This document shows, in pieces, positions 50,637-64,000 of a DNA stretch of 64,000 nt. Position numbers and translations under genes: made by a program. This stretch comes from Eledone cirrhosa (Eukaryota): the NCBI GenBank assembly GCA_964016885.1, contig OZ024742.1:169880001-169944000 (forward strand). Reading direction: 5' to 3'. How positions within the stretch are numbered: the stretch's first letter is position 1; every line of letters begins with the position of its first letter. Below the pieces are notes generated by a model that had not been told where the DNA came from, searched no databases, and was given only the letters and a program-made list of their open reading frames with translations.

Positions 50637-51801
50637 TGTCATAATGTTAGCTGACCAGGATTTTCCTGTTGTGCCCTGGAAAATGGTTTTGGACAGGTAG
50701 TCATGGCGAGTTTTCATCATTTTATGATATTATCTTGAAGAGTTATTTCTATTTGCCAGTATATTTGTTAATTTACTCCCTAACAAAGCAGTTTGTCTTG
50801 TGCTCTGTATATGTTATGTATAGCAGCTTTCTGAAGCACTTCTGTGCTTAAATGCCTGGATTCTTTGTTCTATGTCAGCTGTAAGAGTCCAGCTCTGACA
50901 CCACCTACATAGAAGGATCAGAGTTACCAGTGACTTGTAAACTTTGAACCTCAGGAAGCTTGGGAAACTGATTTTTCATTTGACTGTCACCTTTGTCATG
51001 ACAGAAGCAGTCAGTAGTATATATTCTGGATCTTTAACCCCTAGTGGAATTTTAAGGGCACCATAGCAATATACAGCATGCCTTTAAACATGGCAAGAGC
51101 CCATCTCCTCTCCAGATCTGAACACAGCTGATTTCATTCAGAGAAGGAGATATATAGAGAGAGGAAATGAGAAAGAGATACAGAGAAAGAATCAACCCCC
51201 AGTACTTCACTTTTACTTTTTTCATCAACCTCAAAAAGATGACAGGCAAAATTGACTTTGGCAGGATTTGAATACCGCAAAATATTTGATCCAACATTCT
51301 AACATCATCATCCTCATCATTTAATGTCCTCTTTCCCTGCTAGCTGTACTGAAGCAGGGCTAGTGACCCTCCAGACAGATCAGGGATTCGCATCATGCTT
51401 ACATATGGTCCCACATTCTACTGGGTACTTTATATTGTGACACCAGCACTAGAGAGGTTGTCATGTCTTTGATGCAATTGAAGAGTCCTCCCAACTCTTT
51501 GGCAAGCTTTCTTTGGCTGGATGCCCTGCCTATTAGCAACCACTTTATGGTACTGGATGTGTTTGTCATGTAGATCACCAACACTAGAGAGGTTGTCATG
51601 GTGTGTGTGTGTATATGTAGTCCCCCAATATGTATACACACTTCAACAGCATTCTAATAAAAGTGTGTATACATTTTTGGGACACCCTATATATATATTA
51701 TGGTTAAAAGTATGGATTGGTTTCATAAGGCCATCTGGCTGTAGAAAGCTGCCTGAAAAAGCCTTCTTCAATCCATGCGAGCATGGAAAAGCAGCCGTAA
51801 A

Positions 51802-54235
51802 TCATCATCATCATCATAGTTTTACGTCCGCTTTTCCCTGCTTGCAAGGGTAGGACGGGTCTTATTTAGCACAGCATCTCTCCACCTGTCACGGTCCTTC
51901 GTCATCTCCACCGTGAGCTTCAGTGATCTAAGGTCTGTTCTCACCACTTCTGCCCATGTTTTTTGTGGTCTACCTCTACCACGTCTTCCTTCAACTGGCA
52001 TTTCCTGGCACTTCTTCACCCATCGGTCATCCTCCATGCGCATCACATGTCCATACCACCTCAGTCTCCTGTCTCGTACACTACGTTCTATCCCTCTCAG
52101 ACAGTTTCTCTCACAACACATTCATGCTGGATTGTTCACGCACATTGACATTGCACATCCAACGGAGCATGCTTGCCTCATTTCTCTCCAGCCGTCGCAT
52201 ATCCTCTGCAGTTGCTGCCCATGTCTCACTACCATGCAGCATCGCGCTCCTCACACAGGCATCATATAACCGGTCTTTCGTACGCAGGGAGAAACCCTTC
52301 TTCGTCAGCAGAGGAAGCAGCTCCCTAAAGTTCTTCCAACCCGTCCTTATTCTAGATACTATGGCCTTGGAAACCCCCCCCCCTCGCATGCTAATCTGAT
52401 CTCCTAGGTACCGGAAGCTATCAACCACTTCTATAGCACCTGCCTGCATTTGAAAAATGTGTCTATGAATGCGACTTCTACTGTCTAATTTCCTTGTACA
52501 TCTATTGCATACGTATTTCTCCCTACCTGTTAGTTTGCCTGCTATCCCACTACATCTCTTGTATGCATTTTATAGAATTTATGCCAGTTCCTTTTCTGCA
52601 TATCGAACATGGCCATTTCCCTGACGGAATCAGAGTTTTGTCCTCTTTTCTACTCATCAACACTTTTGTCTTAGCTAGGTTCACTCTGTCCTCTTGCTTC
52701 CAACTGTTGTATCTATAGCCAGAATTTATTCTCTAGCTCCTCTACTGATTCTGCTATAAGAACCAGATTGTCAGCATAGAGAAGTTCCCATGGACAGCCA
52801 GTTTTAAACTCCTCTGTTATGGCTTGGAGGACTATAATGAACAAGAGCGGGCTGAGGACCGAACCTTGATGTACTCCTACTTGTATCTGGAATTCCTCAC
52901 TAAACTCCATTCCTACCCTGACTTTACTGACAGTACCTCTGTACAAAGTTTGCACTGTCCTCACAAGCCATTCCTCAACATCTAATTTCCTTAGGGACCA
53001 CCAGATGACAGATCGGGATACCCTATCAAAGGCCTTCTCTAGGTCAACAAAGGCTAAGTATAGTGGCTTATTTTTCTCTAAGAACCTCTCTTGTAATTGT
53101 CTTACCAAGAAGAGGGCATCTGTTGTACTCTTCCCAGGCACAAAACCAAACTGCATCTCATCTAGTTTGACCCTTTCTCTGATTAGTTGTGCTAATATCC
53201 TTTCTGCCACTTTCATAACCTGATCCATCAGTTTTATACCCTTATAATTGCTCCTCTCCAGAGCATCCCCTTTACCTTTGTAGCAATTTATGAAAATACT
53301 GCTGCACCAGTCTTTGGGTATGACACCACCATAAATAGCCTGATTGATGATGCGTGCAACCAGTTTAGTGCCTACGTCCTCTGATGCCTTCAGCATCTCA
53401 GCAACTATCCCAGATGGTCCGGCAGCCTTACCATTTTTCATTTCTTTAATCGCCTCTTGGACCCTATATTCGTCAATCTCAATAGCTGGTCTCTCTGTCG
53501 GATCTACTGAGGGTAATTTCTCTCTCTCCCATTCGTTCTCCACATTCATCAGTCTCTCATAATGACATTTCCAGGCCTCCTTTTTCTGATCATTCGTGAC
53601 ACTAAGTACACTGGCATCATTCCGGACACATTTATCTCCAACAACATCCTGATTTTACATTGACACACTGTCTTGCAATGTGGAACACCGCACGCCTCTG
53701 ATCTTCCCATTGCAGAACATTGGCAAACCTCCTACTCTCAGCCTCCCTGCGTGCTAAGTACACCTGACGTCTAGCTTCTCTCTTAGCGGCTGTATATCCT
53801 TCTCTACTCCCACCCTTTTTCCAAGCCTTCCATGCTAGTCTTTTGTCTCTAATGGCCTTATCTACTGTGCTGTTCCACCACCAGGTCACTCTCTGTCTGG
53901 TTGGAGCTTTGCCCCAGCCACAAGTTTCATCAGTAGCCTGCAGTAAGTTGTCACGTAAGAAATTCTAGTTTTTATCTATGTCATACGTCTCTAAATCGTC
54001 TTCTTTTTCGTCATACACATCTTGAAGGGCTTTCCTAAATTTGTATTTTAGTGAAAGGTCTTTTAGCTTCCAGACCTTTCTTCACCACACCTTCCTGTGT
54101 GTCTCATTCCATCTCTTGCTTACTGAGATATCACTAATGACTAACCTATGCTGTGGGGTACATTCTTCCCCAGGGTATGCCTTGGTATTAGACACTATCT
54201 GCCTGTCCTGCTGCCTAAATAGTAAGAAGTATTTT
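51802..54235 (-). mobile_element. RTE LINE (endonuclease C-terminus, RT, degenerate PHD, C-terminus, (GAT)n tail)
   Basis: QHRLVI, TWWWN, GKAAGPSG, QFGFVPGKST.DA, FVDLEKAFD, HQGSVLSP, YADN, HGSETW, WYGHVMR. Confidence 0.95.
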
Positions 54236-54757
54236 CTTTCTGGCATCAAAAATTTTTTCTCTCCTTTTTATCTTCAACCTTTGTATCTGAAAAGTTTATG
54301 ACCTTCCCTAGTATTTGTTTGTTTGTTGTATGGTGAAGGGAAGGATGGGGTATTCTTCTTTCATCACATTAGTTTCAAACATATTCAGTGTTTGTTTCTG
54401 GTGTGTATCCTAGTTTGTTACTTTTTTTTTTTTTAAAGGATAGAACATTTATAGAGAAGTTCATAAAGCATTTCCTTATCTTTTAACTCTTATATAATTC
54501 CAGCTATTATTTTCGCAACCAACTTTTTATCATTTTATACCATCATAAATAGAGAATCAGTGTTAAGTGATTGGACCAAGAAACATTAGTTAAAGTGTGT
54601 ATGTACATATCATCATCATCACCATCATTATTTAACATTCATTTTCCAAAGCTAGCATAAGTTAGACAAGTTGTCTTGTTGTGAGAAATGTTGGGTCATA
54701 TAGAAATGATTTGGCTTGGTTTCTAAGCTGGATGCCCTTTTTAACACCAACAACATT

Positions 54758-55005
54758 CTCTCTTTCTCTCTTTCTTTCTTTCTTTCTTTCTCTTTCTTTC
54801 TTTTTCTTTCTTTCTTTCTCTTTCTTTCTTTTTCTTTCTTTCTCTTTCTTTCTCTCTCTTTCTCTCTCTCTCTTTCTTTCTTTCTTTCTCTCTCTCTCTC
54901 TCTCTCTTTCTATCTCTCTCTTTCTATCTCTTTCTTTCTATCTCTCTTTCTCCACCCCCCTCTCTCTCCACCCCCCCCCTCTCTCTCCACCCCCTCTCTC
55001 TCTCC
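54758..55005. repeat. (CT)n/(CTTT)n polypyrimidine microsatellite
   Basis: Direct inspection. Confidence 0.95.
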
Positions 55006-55504
55006 TGATTTCAGTTTTGGTTTATTACTTGGTTATGTTTCAGATATTAGTTAAGATAGTATGTAGTGATGTTTAAACAGTATGTTTTGTTTTTTTGTAA
55101 CTAATTTTATTTTACATGGTGTAGATTTGGCAGTTTAGTTTAATTCTAATTCATTTATCTTGTTGGAAGAGAAACGCACACTTATACACACATATCATTA
55201 TCATCGTTTTCATGTACACTCTTCCATCGTGCCATAGGTTGAATGGGATAATTTTGATGTTTTGAGACAGTCTTTTCAACCAGATGCCCTTCCTGATACA
55301 AACTCTATATATTCAAAAAAGACCGTTGATTTCTCTAAGCTATAAACAAAACACTCAGAAAATACTGTAAACCAACTGCTAACCTGCACTAATAACTCCC
55401 ACTAAAACAACCCTTGACCCACATGCCTATATTCTGTAAACCAACCACAGGTGGCACCAGCCACCAAATGAACATGATGTTTTGAAGCTGCAGTTGTCAT
55501 CTTA

Positions 55505-55700
55505 TGTTTGTGTGTGTGTGTGTGTGCGCGCGCGCGCATATATATATATATATATATATATTTTGTGTATATGTGTGTGTGTGTATATATATATATGTGT
55601 GTGTGTGTGTGTATATATATGTGTGTGTATATATATATATGCATGTGTGTATATATATATATGCATGTGTGTGTATACATACATACACATACACACACAG
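55505..55700. repeat. Compound (TG)/(TA)/(CG) microsatellite
   Basis: Direct inspection. Confidence 0.95.
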
Positions 55701-56718
55701 TCAGGCTTCTACAGTTTCCATCTACCATATTCCTTGAGGCTATGGTAAAAGACACTTGTCCAAGGTGCCACACAACAGAATTGAACCCCGAACCACATGG
55801 TTCCAATGCAAACTCTTTAACTACACAGTTTATTCCTGATAAGTCTGTTTTTTTTCCTCCATGGCATGTGAAATTGTTGTCATTACTCAAATATTTTAGA
55901 TGGATTAAGCCGTCTCTTCTCTCTCCTTCTCCTCCCCTCTTTCTCTGCCCCTCTTTCTCTGCCCCTTTTCCCTCATATCTCCCTCACTCCTTTGCTCTTC
56001 CTGCTTCTTCTCTCCCTCCTCCATCTCCACTGCCCCCACTCCCTATCTTCCCCATCTCCCTACCCCCATCATCTGGGCTCCACATTTCCTTGAGACCAAA
56101 ATCTTTGTTTAATCCTTTACTGAATTAATGACTCAATAATTTGTTATTTTTTCTTTTTCAAAAGTTATGTATTGTTTTATTATTTATTTCTACCACATAG
56201 GTAAAGACATGGCAGTGTGATTAAGGAGTTTATTCTGCAACCATGTGATTTTAAGTTCAATTCCCTTTTGTGGCACTTTGGATAAGTGTATTCTATTCTA
56301 TTCTTGGTATTCTTGGGTTGACCAATGCCATGTGAGTGTAATTTGGTAGACAGAAACTGCAGAAGTCTGTTGTGTATGTGTGTGTGCATATATATAGTAA
56401 TAATAATAAATTTGAAGACTAAAATCCAAGAAAGCAGCGATTCTTTGCTTAAATTTTATTGTTATTTTAATAAATATATGTGTGTGTGTATATATATATA
56501 TTGTGAAGGCGCGTGGCTTAGTGGTAAAAAGAATTGGATTCGCAAACATGAGGTTGTGCGATTCCTGGACCGGGCGGTGCGTTATGTCCTTGAGCAAGAC
56601 ACTTTATTTCATGTTGCTCCTTCTACTTGGAGTTGTGACCAATAGATAGTATTAGCAATTGGAAAGACCGATGGAAACATTGTTTCCTCGGTCTGATTTG
56701 ATGAATGTCGATCCACTG

Positions 56719-56768
<50 letters not shown>

Positions 56769-56898
56769 AAAACAGGGAGGTGCTCAGGACAAAGATAATG
56801 GAAAATGGACAGTCCTATCTTCTCTCTATTTCTGGAAATCACTACTCTAAGGTTGAAAATGTTCATTCTAGTGCACATTGGAACGTAACAACACACGC

Positions 56899-56930
<32 letters not shown>

Positions 56931-57189
56931 TTACTTTCATGTCTGCATTTATGTCTGATAACTTAACAACAAAGAGATTGATAAAAATAAGTACTGGACT
57001 TAAAAAAATAAGAACTGGGTGGTTTCAGACAGTTTGAACTTTAAACTTGTTATCTCCCTCCATATAAATCTAATCTTCCCTCTATAGTTGCTTATCAATT
57101 CCTCACACTTTGAATGCCCAACATTTCTTCTTTGCAATAAGACTTACTTAGAAGCTCCCATGTCTTGAGACAACAGTGCATTGCTTACC

Positions 57190-57420
57190 TAACCCATTAG
57201 CATTTACATTACGCTATATATATATATACTATAATATTTTCATGGTAAAGGCTTTACCTTACATAATTATCTCACATTATATCGAATCTATGAGATTGTG
57301 ATATTATTTATTTTGAGAACAATACCGTAACAGTATGAGAGGCTGGTTATGGCCTGTTTGAACAGAAAGAAGTGAAAGAATTCTGGCTGGATATGGCCAG
57401 TTAAAATGCTAAAGAGTTAA
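57190..57420. mobile_element. piggyBac-like MITE (reverse orientation relative to 7126)
   Basis: taacccattagcattt ... aatgctaaagagttaa. Confidence 0.7.
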
Positions 57421-57802
57421 ACTTAGAAGCTCCTACATCTGGAGACTACAGTACTTCTTAGATTTAAGCTCCCATGTCTTGAGACACATAAGGTAGTCAG
57501 GGCAATCCAGCCTTTCCTATCCCCAGCCATGGCAGGTACATCCTTCCATTGTTCACACATAAATCTTACAGTGTTCTGATGCTTGTTCATTTTAGGTCTT
57601 CCTTGATTTCCTTTTTACCTTCAGCAACCCAACACAAAGTTTGGTTGGCTGGTCTCGTTTGTGGCAGTTTGGAAAGGTGTCAAGCTAGCTAAGGCATCTT
57701 TTGGTTTACTGGTCTCATTTGTGGCAATCTGAAAAGGTGTCCAAGCCAGCTAAACGCACCTTTTGCAGATTTTTTATGATACTAGCTGCTGACCTATCCT
57801 TG

Positions 57803-57840
<38 letters not shown>

Positions 57841-58261
57841 AGAGTCAATGGCTATCCAATAGTTGTTGCATGCATGACTCACCAGTTTGTGGACTATGCC
57901 TTGGTGCCCAGCAACCTATGTTCCAACTATGGGAAAATGGTATGTGTTAAACATGCCACTTGGCAAATGAACTTCTGTGATAAGGTCACCAGCACAGTCT
58001 GAGAGAAAGATCGGGATCTGCTCAATGGCTATGGGTTTGGACTCTACAATAAAACATATTTAAAGCTATGTGGTTACTTGACCTGCTAAATATAGTAGTC
58101 ATAATAACAACACAACTCTATCTTACTGCCTTTAATATTTAAAAAAAATGATGCATTAGATATAGCAGTCCTAGATACATTGAGCCTTAAAAAAGATGAG
58201 ATGTTTTATTACTTACTCAGTACAATGCTTCAATTTACTGAGATCTTGATATTACAGACTA

Positions 58262-58480
58262 GGGTGGTGGATTGGTAGAATTGGTAGAGCATCAGATTAA
58301 GTGAAATTGTGGTATTTGTTCTGGCTCTTACACTCTGAGTTAAAATTCTGCTAATGTTAACTTTGCCTTTTATCCTTCCAGAGTTGATAAAATAAAATAC
58401 CAGCCAATTACTGGGGTTGATTTAACCAACTTTGCTTTTCTCTAAAATTTGCTGGCCCTGTGCCTAAATTAGAAATCATA
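58262..58480 (+). mobile_element. Diverged family-1 SINE
   Basis: gggtggtggattggtagaattggtagag head, core, tail. Confidence 0.8.
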
Positions 58481-59019
58481 TTACATTCTGAAGACCCCCC
58501 CCCCCCCCAAAAAAAAAAATGAAAAATAAAAAACATCAGTAACAATGCCAGTTGGATAGTAATCAAAGTTGGTCGTTGTTTAAAGCTAGGCCAACCAGCC
58601 CTGATCAAGCAGACCTAATCAAACTTAATTAATTTGACAGCTAATTATTCTGAAGAGGTTAAGAAGTGTAAGAACGAAAATAACTTTTGTGATTGTAGTG
58701 TAGCAGTACATTAAAAAACAAAATGAAAAACAAAAACTATAAGAGATCTTAAGGATAGATAGTGTTTGACAAGTTTTGTCATTCAAAGTAAATGACATTT
58801 GACATGGCCAGCCAGATCTGACATTGCCACATTGCCTTTCTTTACTACTTACTTTACAATTACAATATATATTTTAACACATTTACTTGAATTCTTCTTT
58901 TTTCTTTTTACTAGGTGTAATATTAAATTCTTAAATACTAAATAAACACAACAGAACAGAAAAATAAAAGAAACCTTACCAACCACCTTTTAATATAGTT
59001 TTCTACATAATTAAATTTC

Positions 59020-60582
59020 ATTAACTCTTTTGATACCAAACCATCTGAAACAACTAGTTCTATGATTCAAAGTTGTTTATTTTAAAGTGTTTATATTTAT
59101 CTAAAATCTTTCTAATATAATTTTAAGTTATGTTTCAAACAACACGTAAATAAGAATTTCTCCAAATTCTTAATTATTTTCAAAATTATTTTCAAAATTA
59201 TTTCAAAGCTATGAGCAGTGTTTTTTATTAGAAATATGGTAACGAAAGGTTAAAGTGTTTATAACCCATGCTAGTGTGAAAAATTGATGTCAAACGATGA
59301 TGTTGATGATTTATCTAAAAACCTTCCACCATAATGTTAAGTTATGTTTCAAACACTAAATAAATAATTTTACTAAATTTCTCCCAAATTTTAAAAGGTA
59401 TAGGTAGTGTTAGAAATATAGTAACAAAAGGATTGATACCATTAAAGCAGTGTTTTTCAAACTGTGACCCACCGCAAGAGCTGCATTTTGTATTGAGAAC
59501 ATCATCATCATCATCATCACCATCATTGTCATTAACATCTGCTTTCCTTGCTAGCAAGATTTGGATAGGTCATCACAGACCAAGCCAGTACTTAATTGGA
59601 GTTATTAAGCTCTTAGCTGGGCTGGGAGACTGTCACATTTACATATCTTGCTGCATTATACAAAGTGTACAGGGTGTATTTTATTGCAGCACCAGCACTA
59701 GGGAGATTGTCATGTCTTTGATATGCATAACGAGTTCTCTCAGCCCTTTGTTTGGCAAGTTTTCGATGGCTAGATGTCCTTCCTAACACTAACCACTTTA
59801 CAGAATGTTCTGGATACATTTACCATGTCACAAGTACTAAAAATGTTGTTAAAACTGACATGCTTTTGAAATCTATAAGAAAAATCTGTTTTTATAGATT
59901 TTTAACAATGTCATGATCCAATTTTATTATATATTTTGTGACCCACTAATAGGTCAAGACCCACAATTTGAAAAACCCTGCACTATATTTAATTTTCCTC
60001 TGAAGCTTGGTTTGGATTTAAAAAATAAGTTGATACCAGTCTGCCCCAAATTTCTCATGTTTTAAATTATTCATATTTAAATAAAAAATATTATGGAAGA
60101 ATATTTTAAAGCTACTAAAGACCAGCTTAATAATATGGTTAATAATATGGTTATACTCTTTCAATTAATTAATGAATATTTTTTAGAGATTTACTAAAAT
60201 TATTGATTATTCCATTACTAAGATAGTAATTTAACAATGGCTCCTATATAAAATTATGTTGGAAGATTTTATTTTAAATAGGAACACTTTGAAATGGGTG
60301 GTTTTGTTTTATAGAACCAGAGACAACTTTGACTGAGTTAGTATCAAAACAGTTATATATAGAATACCATGGTAATTGATTTAACTATTTTGTTATCATA
60401 TTTCTAATGAAAGATGTTGCCTAGGATTTGCAAATAAATTTGAAAATAATCAAGAATGTGAAAGGATTATTTAACTAATGTTTGGAACATAACTTAACAA
60501 AGATTCTTACATAAAATTATGAATAGTTCTACTATTATAGAAACATGGCTTGTTACTGGTGTTTTGGTATCAAAAGGGTTAA
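59020..60582. mobile_element. Several decayed TTAA-type MITE copies plus a hAT-like MITE (59448-59980)
   Basis: ttaactcttttgatacc / ggtatcaaaagggttaa ends; cagtgtttttcaaa / tttgaaaaaccctg. Confidence 0.55.
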
Positions 60583-61129
60583 TAAGTATCAACTGAGATT
60601 GATTAGGTGGTGGAGATAAATAGTTGTAAAGTAACTACAGTCTTACCGTGAATTGTCTTGCTCAAGAACATAAAGTACCGTCCAGTCCAGGAATCAAACT
60701 CAAAACCATAACATTTTATGGCTAAACACCCTAACCACTAGGCCATGTACCTTATCTTGGTTGTTATAGTCACAATGTTATGGTCATTCTACCTTCTGGC
60801 CTACAAGAAACTGTACAAGAGCCAGGTCCACACTGAAGTGGTCCTGATGGCGACATGACAAAAAGTGCCCAGTACACACTGTAAAGTGGTCGTGTAGGTA
60901 TCATGACAAAAAGCACCCAGCACACACTGTAAATGTAGTTGGCATTAGGAAGGGCATCCAGTCGTACAAACCAAGCTAAAATCAGCCCTTTGTGAGTGAA
61001 ACATGGTCCTTTGACCAGATCTCTCAGAGAGACAGCCCGTCCTACTCATGCTAACGTGGAAAATGGACGTTAAATGATTATGATGATATATATAGTTATA
61101 TATATCAAATGATATATATAAATGAAACA

Positions 61130-62325
61130 AACAAATCACGGAATGATATGTCACAAACTACACGGACTCGGCATAACTAGAAAAGTAGGTGAGTGGCTGC
61201 ATGACTTCTTAAAGGACAGAAGCCAGACAGTTGCAAACGGGGCCTTCTCAAAGGAAACATCAATAACAAGTGGGGTGCCCCAAGGCACAGTCCTGGGGCC
61301 ACTACTGTTTTTGGTGGCTCTCTCAGACATGCCCTCTGTAGTACATACAACAACATCCCTGACTAGCTATGCTGATGACACTAAAGTAGCACAGGCAATC
61401 AAAAACCCGACTGACGCTGCCCTTTTACAAGATCTGGATACCATATACAAATGGGCGGAAGACAACAACATACAGTTTAATGCTGGCAAATTCCAAGCCC
61501 TACAATACAAACCTGCAAACACAAATACAGTACAACACAGTTACGCCAGACCAGGAGGGACCGATATTCCCGTGTCGAAATTGATACGAGACCTGGGTAT
61601 AGACATGAGTGATGATGCATCTTTTTCTTCACACATCATGAAAGTGGCGACAATGTGCAGATGACTCGCTGGCTGGATCTTTCTGGACAAGAGACCGAGA
61701 CACCATGTTGACACTATGGAGGACATTTGTCCTAAGCCGCCTGGACTATTGCTGCCAGTTGTGGTCACCCCATAGTGTCAAACTAACCACGGAGCTTGAG
61801 GCAATCCAGAGAAGCTACAGCAAGAGGATTGCGACGATGAAGGAGACAAGCTACTGGGAGAGGCTAAAGGAACTGAACCTCTACTCCTTGGAACGAAGAC
61901 GGGAGAGATACGCAGTGATCTACATGTTGAAAATCTTGGAGGGACTAGCACCAAACTTTGGCATTGGGAGCTGGACCAACCCCGAACAGGACGTCACTGT
62001 GTGGTGCCAAAGGTCCCGTCTTCCACATCTAGAATAAGTAGCAGATATTGCAATAGCGTGGGGTTTAAGGGCCCTCAACTCTTCAACAAGCTGCTGAGGG
62101 ATGTGAGAGATCTGCAAGGTGTCGTGTGGATGTCTTCAAGAAACATCTCGACAACTTGCTATCCAGGATCCCGGATGAGCCCACAGCAAGGCACGAGGGA
62201 AACCTAAGGGCAGCAGCAACGAGCTCCCTCTTGTACCAGTGGCCAACCAATATAGGCTGGAGATAAAATATGTAGCAACATGGGTGTTGCCCCAGCATGG
62301 CCTTAGCCGGATGGCTGGAACAGGT
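61130..62325 (+). mobile_element. CR1-group LINE RT and C-terminal fragment (second family)
   Basis: SGVPQGTVLGPLLF, YADDTK, RDLGI, SRLDYC.QLWSP, ERLKELNLYSLERRRERY. Confidence 0.9.
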
Positions 62326-62384
62326 AAAAGAGATATATCATATATATATGATATATATATATATATATACCATATATATATATA

Positions 62385-64000
62385 TCATCATCATCATCAT
62401 CATCGTTTAACGTCCATATTCCACGCTTGCATGGGTTTGGACGGGAGTTTTCCCACTTGAGGCAAGAGTGGTTGTCTTGCTCGCATAGGACTGTCTGGCT
62501 GGTTTTCTACGGCTGGATGCCCTTCCTAACACCAACCACATTTACAGTGTGGAACTGGGAGGTTTTTACCGTGTTACCTACACAGCCACATTACAGCGTG
62601 GACTGTGTGTTTTTTGTCGTGACACCTACACGACCTCATTTTGTTTCGGGCTGGATGTTGTGATACCAACATAACTTTACATTGAAAGGGGTGGTGTGGA
62701 TGAGGTGGGGGTAGTGGGACGGGCGTGTATTTTGTTAGAGGTGCCTACTGACTGTAGTAAGTTTCACTTTGTACTTAGGTAAGGCAGGTCTTCTCTATTA
62801 CTGTGTAGCGCCAAAGCTCTCGATCCAGTGACATTGTCTTGGAGAGGTGTAAGTGTGTGAGGTCGGAATTTATCAAGTCGTCCCAGGTTTTTCTGGGTCT
62901 GCCTACTCCGTGGCTACCGTCTATTTTTATTGCCCTGCACTTTTTTATACAGCTGTCGTTTTTCATGCGCATCACGTGACCATACCAACGTAGTCTTCTC
63001 TCGAGTAAACAACATCTGATCCCTCTTATTTCTAATTTCTCCCTTAGTTCGTTTATGCTTTGCCGTTCACGTATATTACTATTACACATCCAGCGGAGCA
63101 TGCAAGCTTCATTTCTCTCCAGTCTGCGTATATCCTCTGCACACAATGCCCAGGTCTCACTGCCATGTAACATTGCTGTTCGTATGCAGGCAGCATACAG
63201 CCTGCCTTTCATTTTTAGAGAGAACCCTTTAGCGGCCAATAGTGGTATAAGCTCTCTGAACTTTTTCCATCCCGTTCTGACTCTAGTTACTGTACTTTCA
63301 GAGCACCCTCCCCCACTGCTGATTTTATCACCCAGGTAACGGAAGCTGTCCACTATTTCTATAGAACCATCTGTGCAATGGAATGAGTTAGTATTCTGTG
63401 GGCACTTGCTGCTACTTATTGCACCAGAGCACCGGCTACATATAAAATCTATATTCTTAGTTAGCTTACCTGTGATCCCACTACATCTTTTATGTACCCA
63501 TACTTTGCATTTGGGACATAAAATGGAGTTTCTACCTACTCCTTTCCTACACACTGAGCATGGCCATTTCCCAGATGGGACCGGTGCCCTATTTTCCTTC
63601 CTACAAACTAGAACTTTAGTCTTAGACAAGTTAACTTTAAGGCCTTTTGATTCTAGGCCATGCTTCCCTGTTTGGAATTTCTTCTCTAGTTCAGCCATTG
63701 ATTCAGCTATGAGCGTTAGATCATCTGCATATAGGAGTTCCCATGGGCAGCCAGTCTTGAACTCCTCTGTTATAGCCTGAAGGGCAATAATAAATAGTAG
63801 GGGGCTAAGGACGGAGCCCTGATGAACACCAATTTTTACGCTAAACTCTTCACTATATTCGTTGTTAATTCTAACCTTGCCGACTGTTTCTTTATACAAG
63901 GCTTGTATAGCTCTCACAAGCCATTCAGCAACACCTAGTTTTCTAAGGGCCCACCAGATAATCGAGCAGAGTTCTCTGTCAAAGGCTTTCTCCAAGTCAA
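62385..64000 (-). mobile_element. Young RTE LINE (PHD-bearing family) running off the window end
   Basis: 3' UTR cassette with (GAT)n tail at 62385; uninterrupted ORF. Confidence 0.95.
62775..63998 (-). CDS. RTE ORF partial: reverse transcriptase, inserted PHD finger and C-terminus (open at window edge)
   Basis: 406 aa without a stop: LEKAFD, HQGSVLSP, YADD, C4HC3 motif, FRYLG, HGSETW, WYGHVMR. Confidence 0.9.
   Translation of the reverse strand, partial: DLEKAFDRELCSIIWWALRKLGVAEWLVRAIQALYKETVGKVRINNEYSEEFSVKIGVHQGSVLSPLLFIIALQAITEEFKTGCPWELLYADDLTLIAESMAELEKKFQTGKHGLESKGLKVNLSKTKVLVCRKENRAPVPSGKWPCSVCRKGVGRNSILCPKCKVWVHKRCSGITGKLTKNIDFICSRCSGAISSSKCPQNTNSFHCTDGSIEIVDSFRYLGDKISSGGGCSESTVTRVRTGWKKFRELIPLLAAKGFSLKMKGRLYAACIRTAMLHGSETWALCAEDIRRLERNEACMLRWMCNSNIRERQSINELREKLEIRGIRCCLLERRLRWYGHVMRMKNDSCIKKCRAIKIDGSHGVGRPRKTWDDLINSDLTHLHLSKTMSLDRELWRYTVIEKTCLT

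Noticed and set aside
54681-56128. Phe/Leu/Ser- and Cys/Val/Tyr-rich ORFs
   Set aside because: Microsatellite and SINE read-through

Overview
AT-rich, repeat-dominated eukaryotic (metazoan) DNA. The SINE/RTE/CR1/microsatellite mix looks like an octopod cephalopod genome, but that is an inference from repeat content. I could not identify any host protein-coding gene; there are only a few candidate exons (about 43.5-43.7 kb, 45.6-45.9 kb and 24.2 kb). Most long ORFs are retroelement pieces, DNA-transposon pieces or microsatellite artefacts. LINE content: at least two RTE-clade families, CR1-clade fragments, a Tx1/L1-like relic and a Gypsy protease scrap. DNA transposons: a Chapaev3 (CMC) element with intact termini and TTA TSD inserted in an RTE, plus hAT-like, Tc2-like and piggyBac-like MITEs. 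There are over 20 tRNA-derived SINEs and a dense Helitron cluster at 29.6-42.5 kb. That cluster contains a decayed Rep-Hel element, nested and head-to-tail non-autonomous elements, and satellites bounded by Helitron termini. Most notable: (i) one RTE family carries a complete C4HC3 PHD finger inside its RT region, which the other RTE family in the window lacks; (ii) one Helitron family's 3' end is a full palindrome with CTAG at both ends; (iii) Helitron-linked 33-bp and NRF1-motif 27-bp arrays; (iv) a 116-bp-arm fold-back palindrome with a template-switch signature. All coordinates were read by eye and many are approximate.
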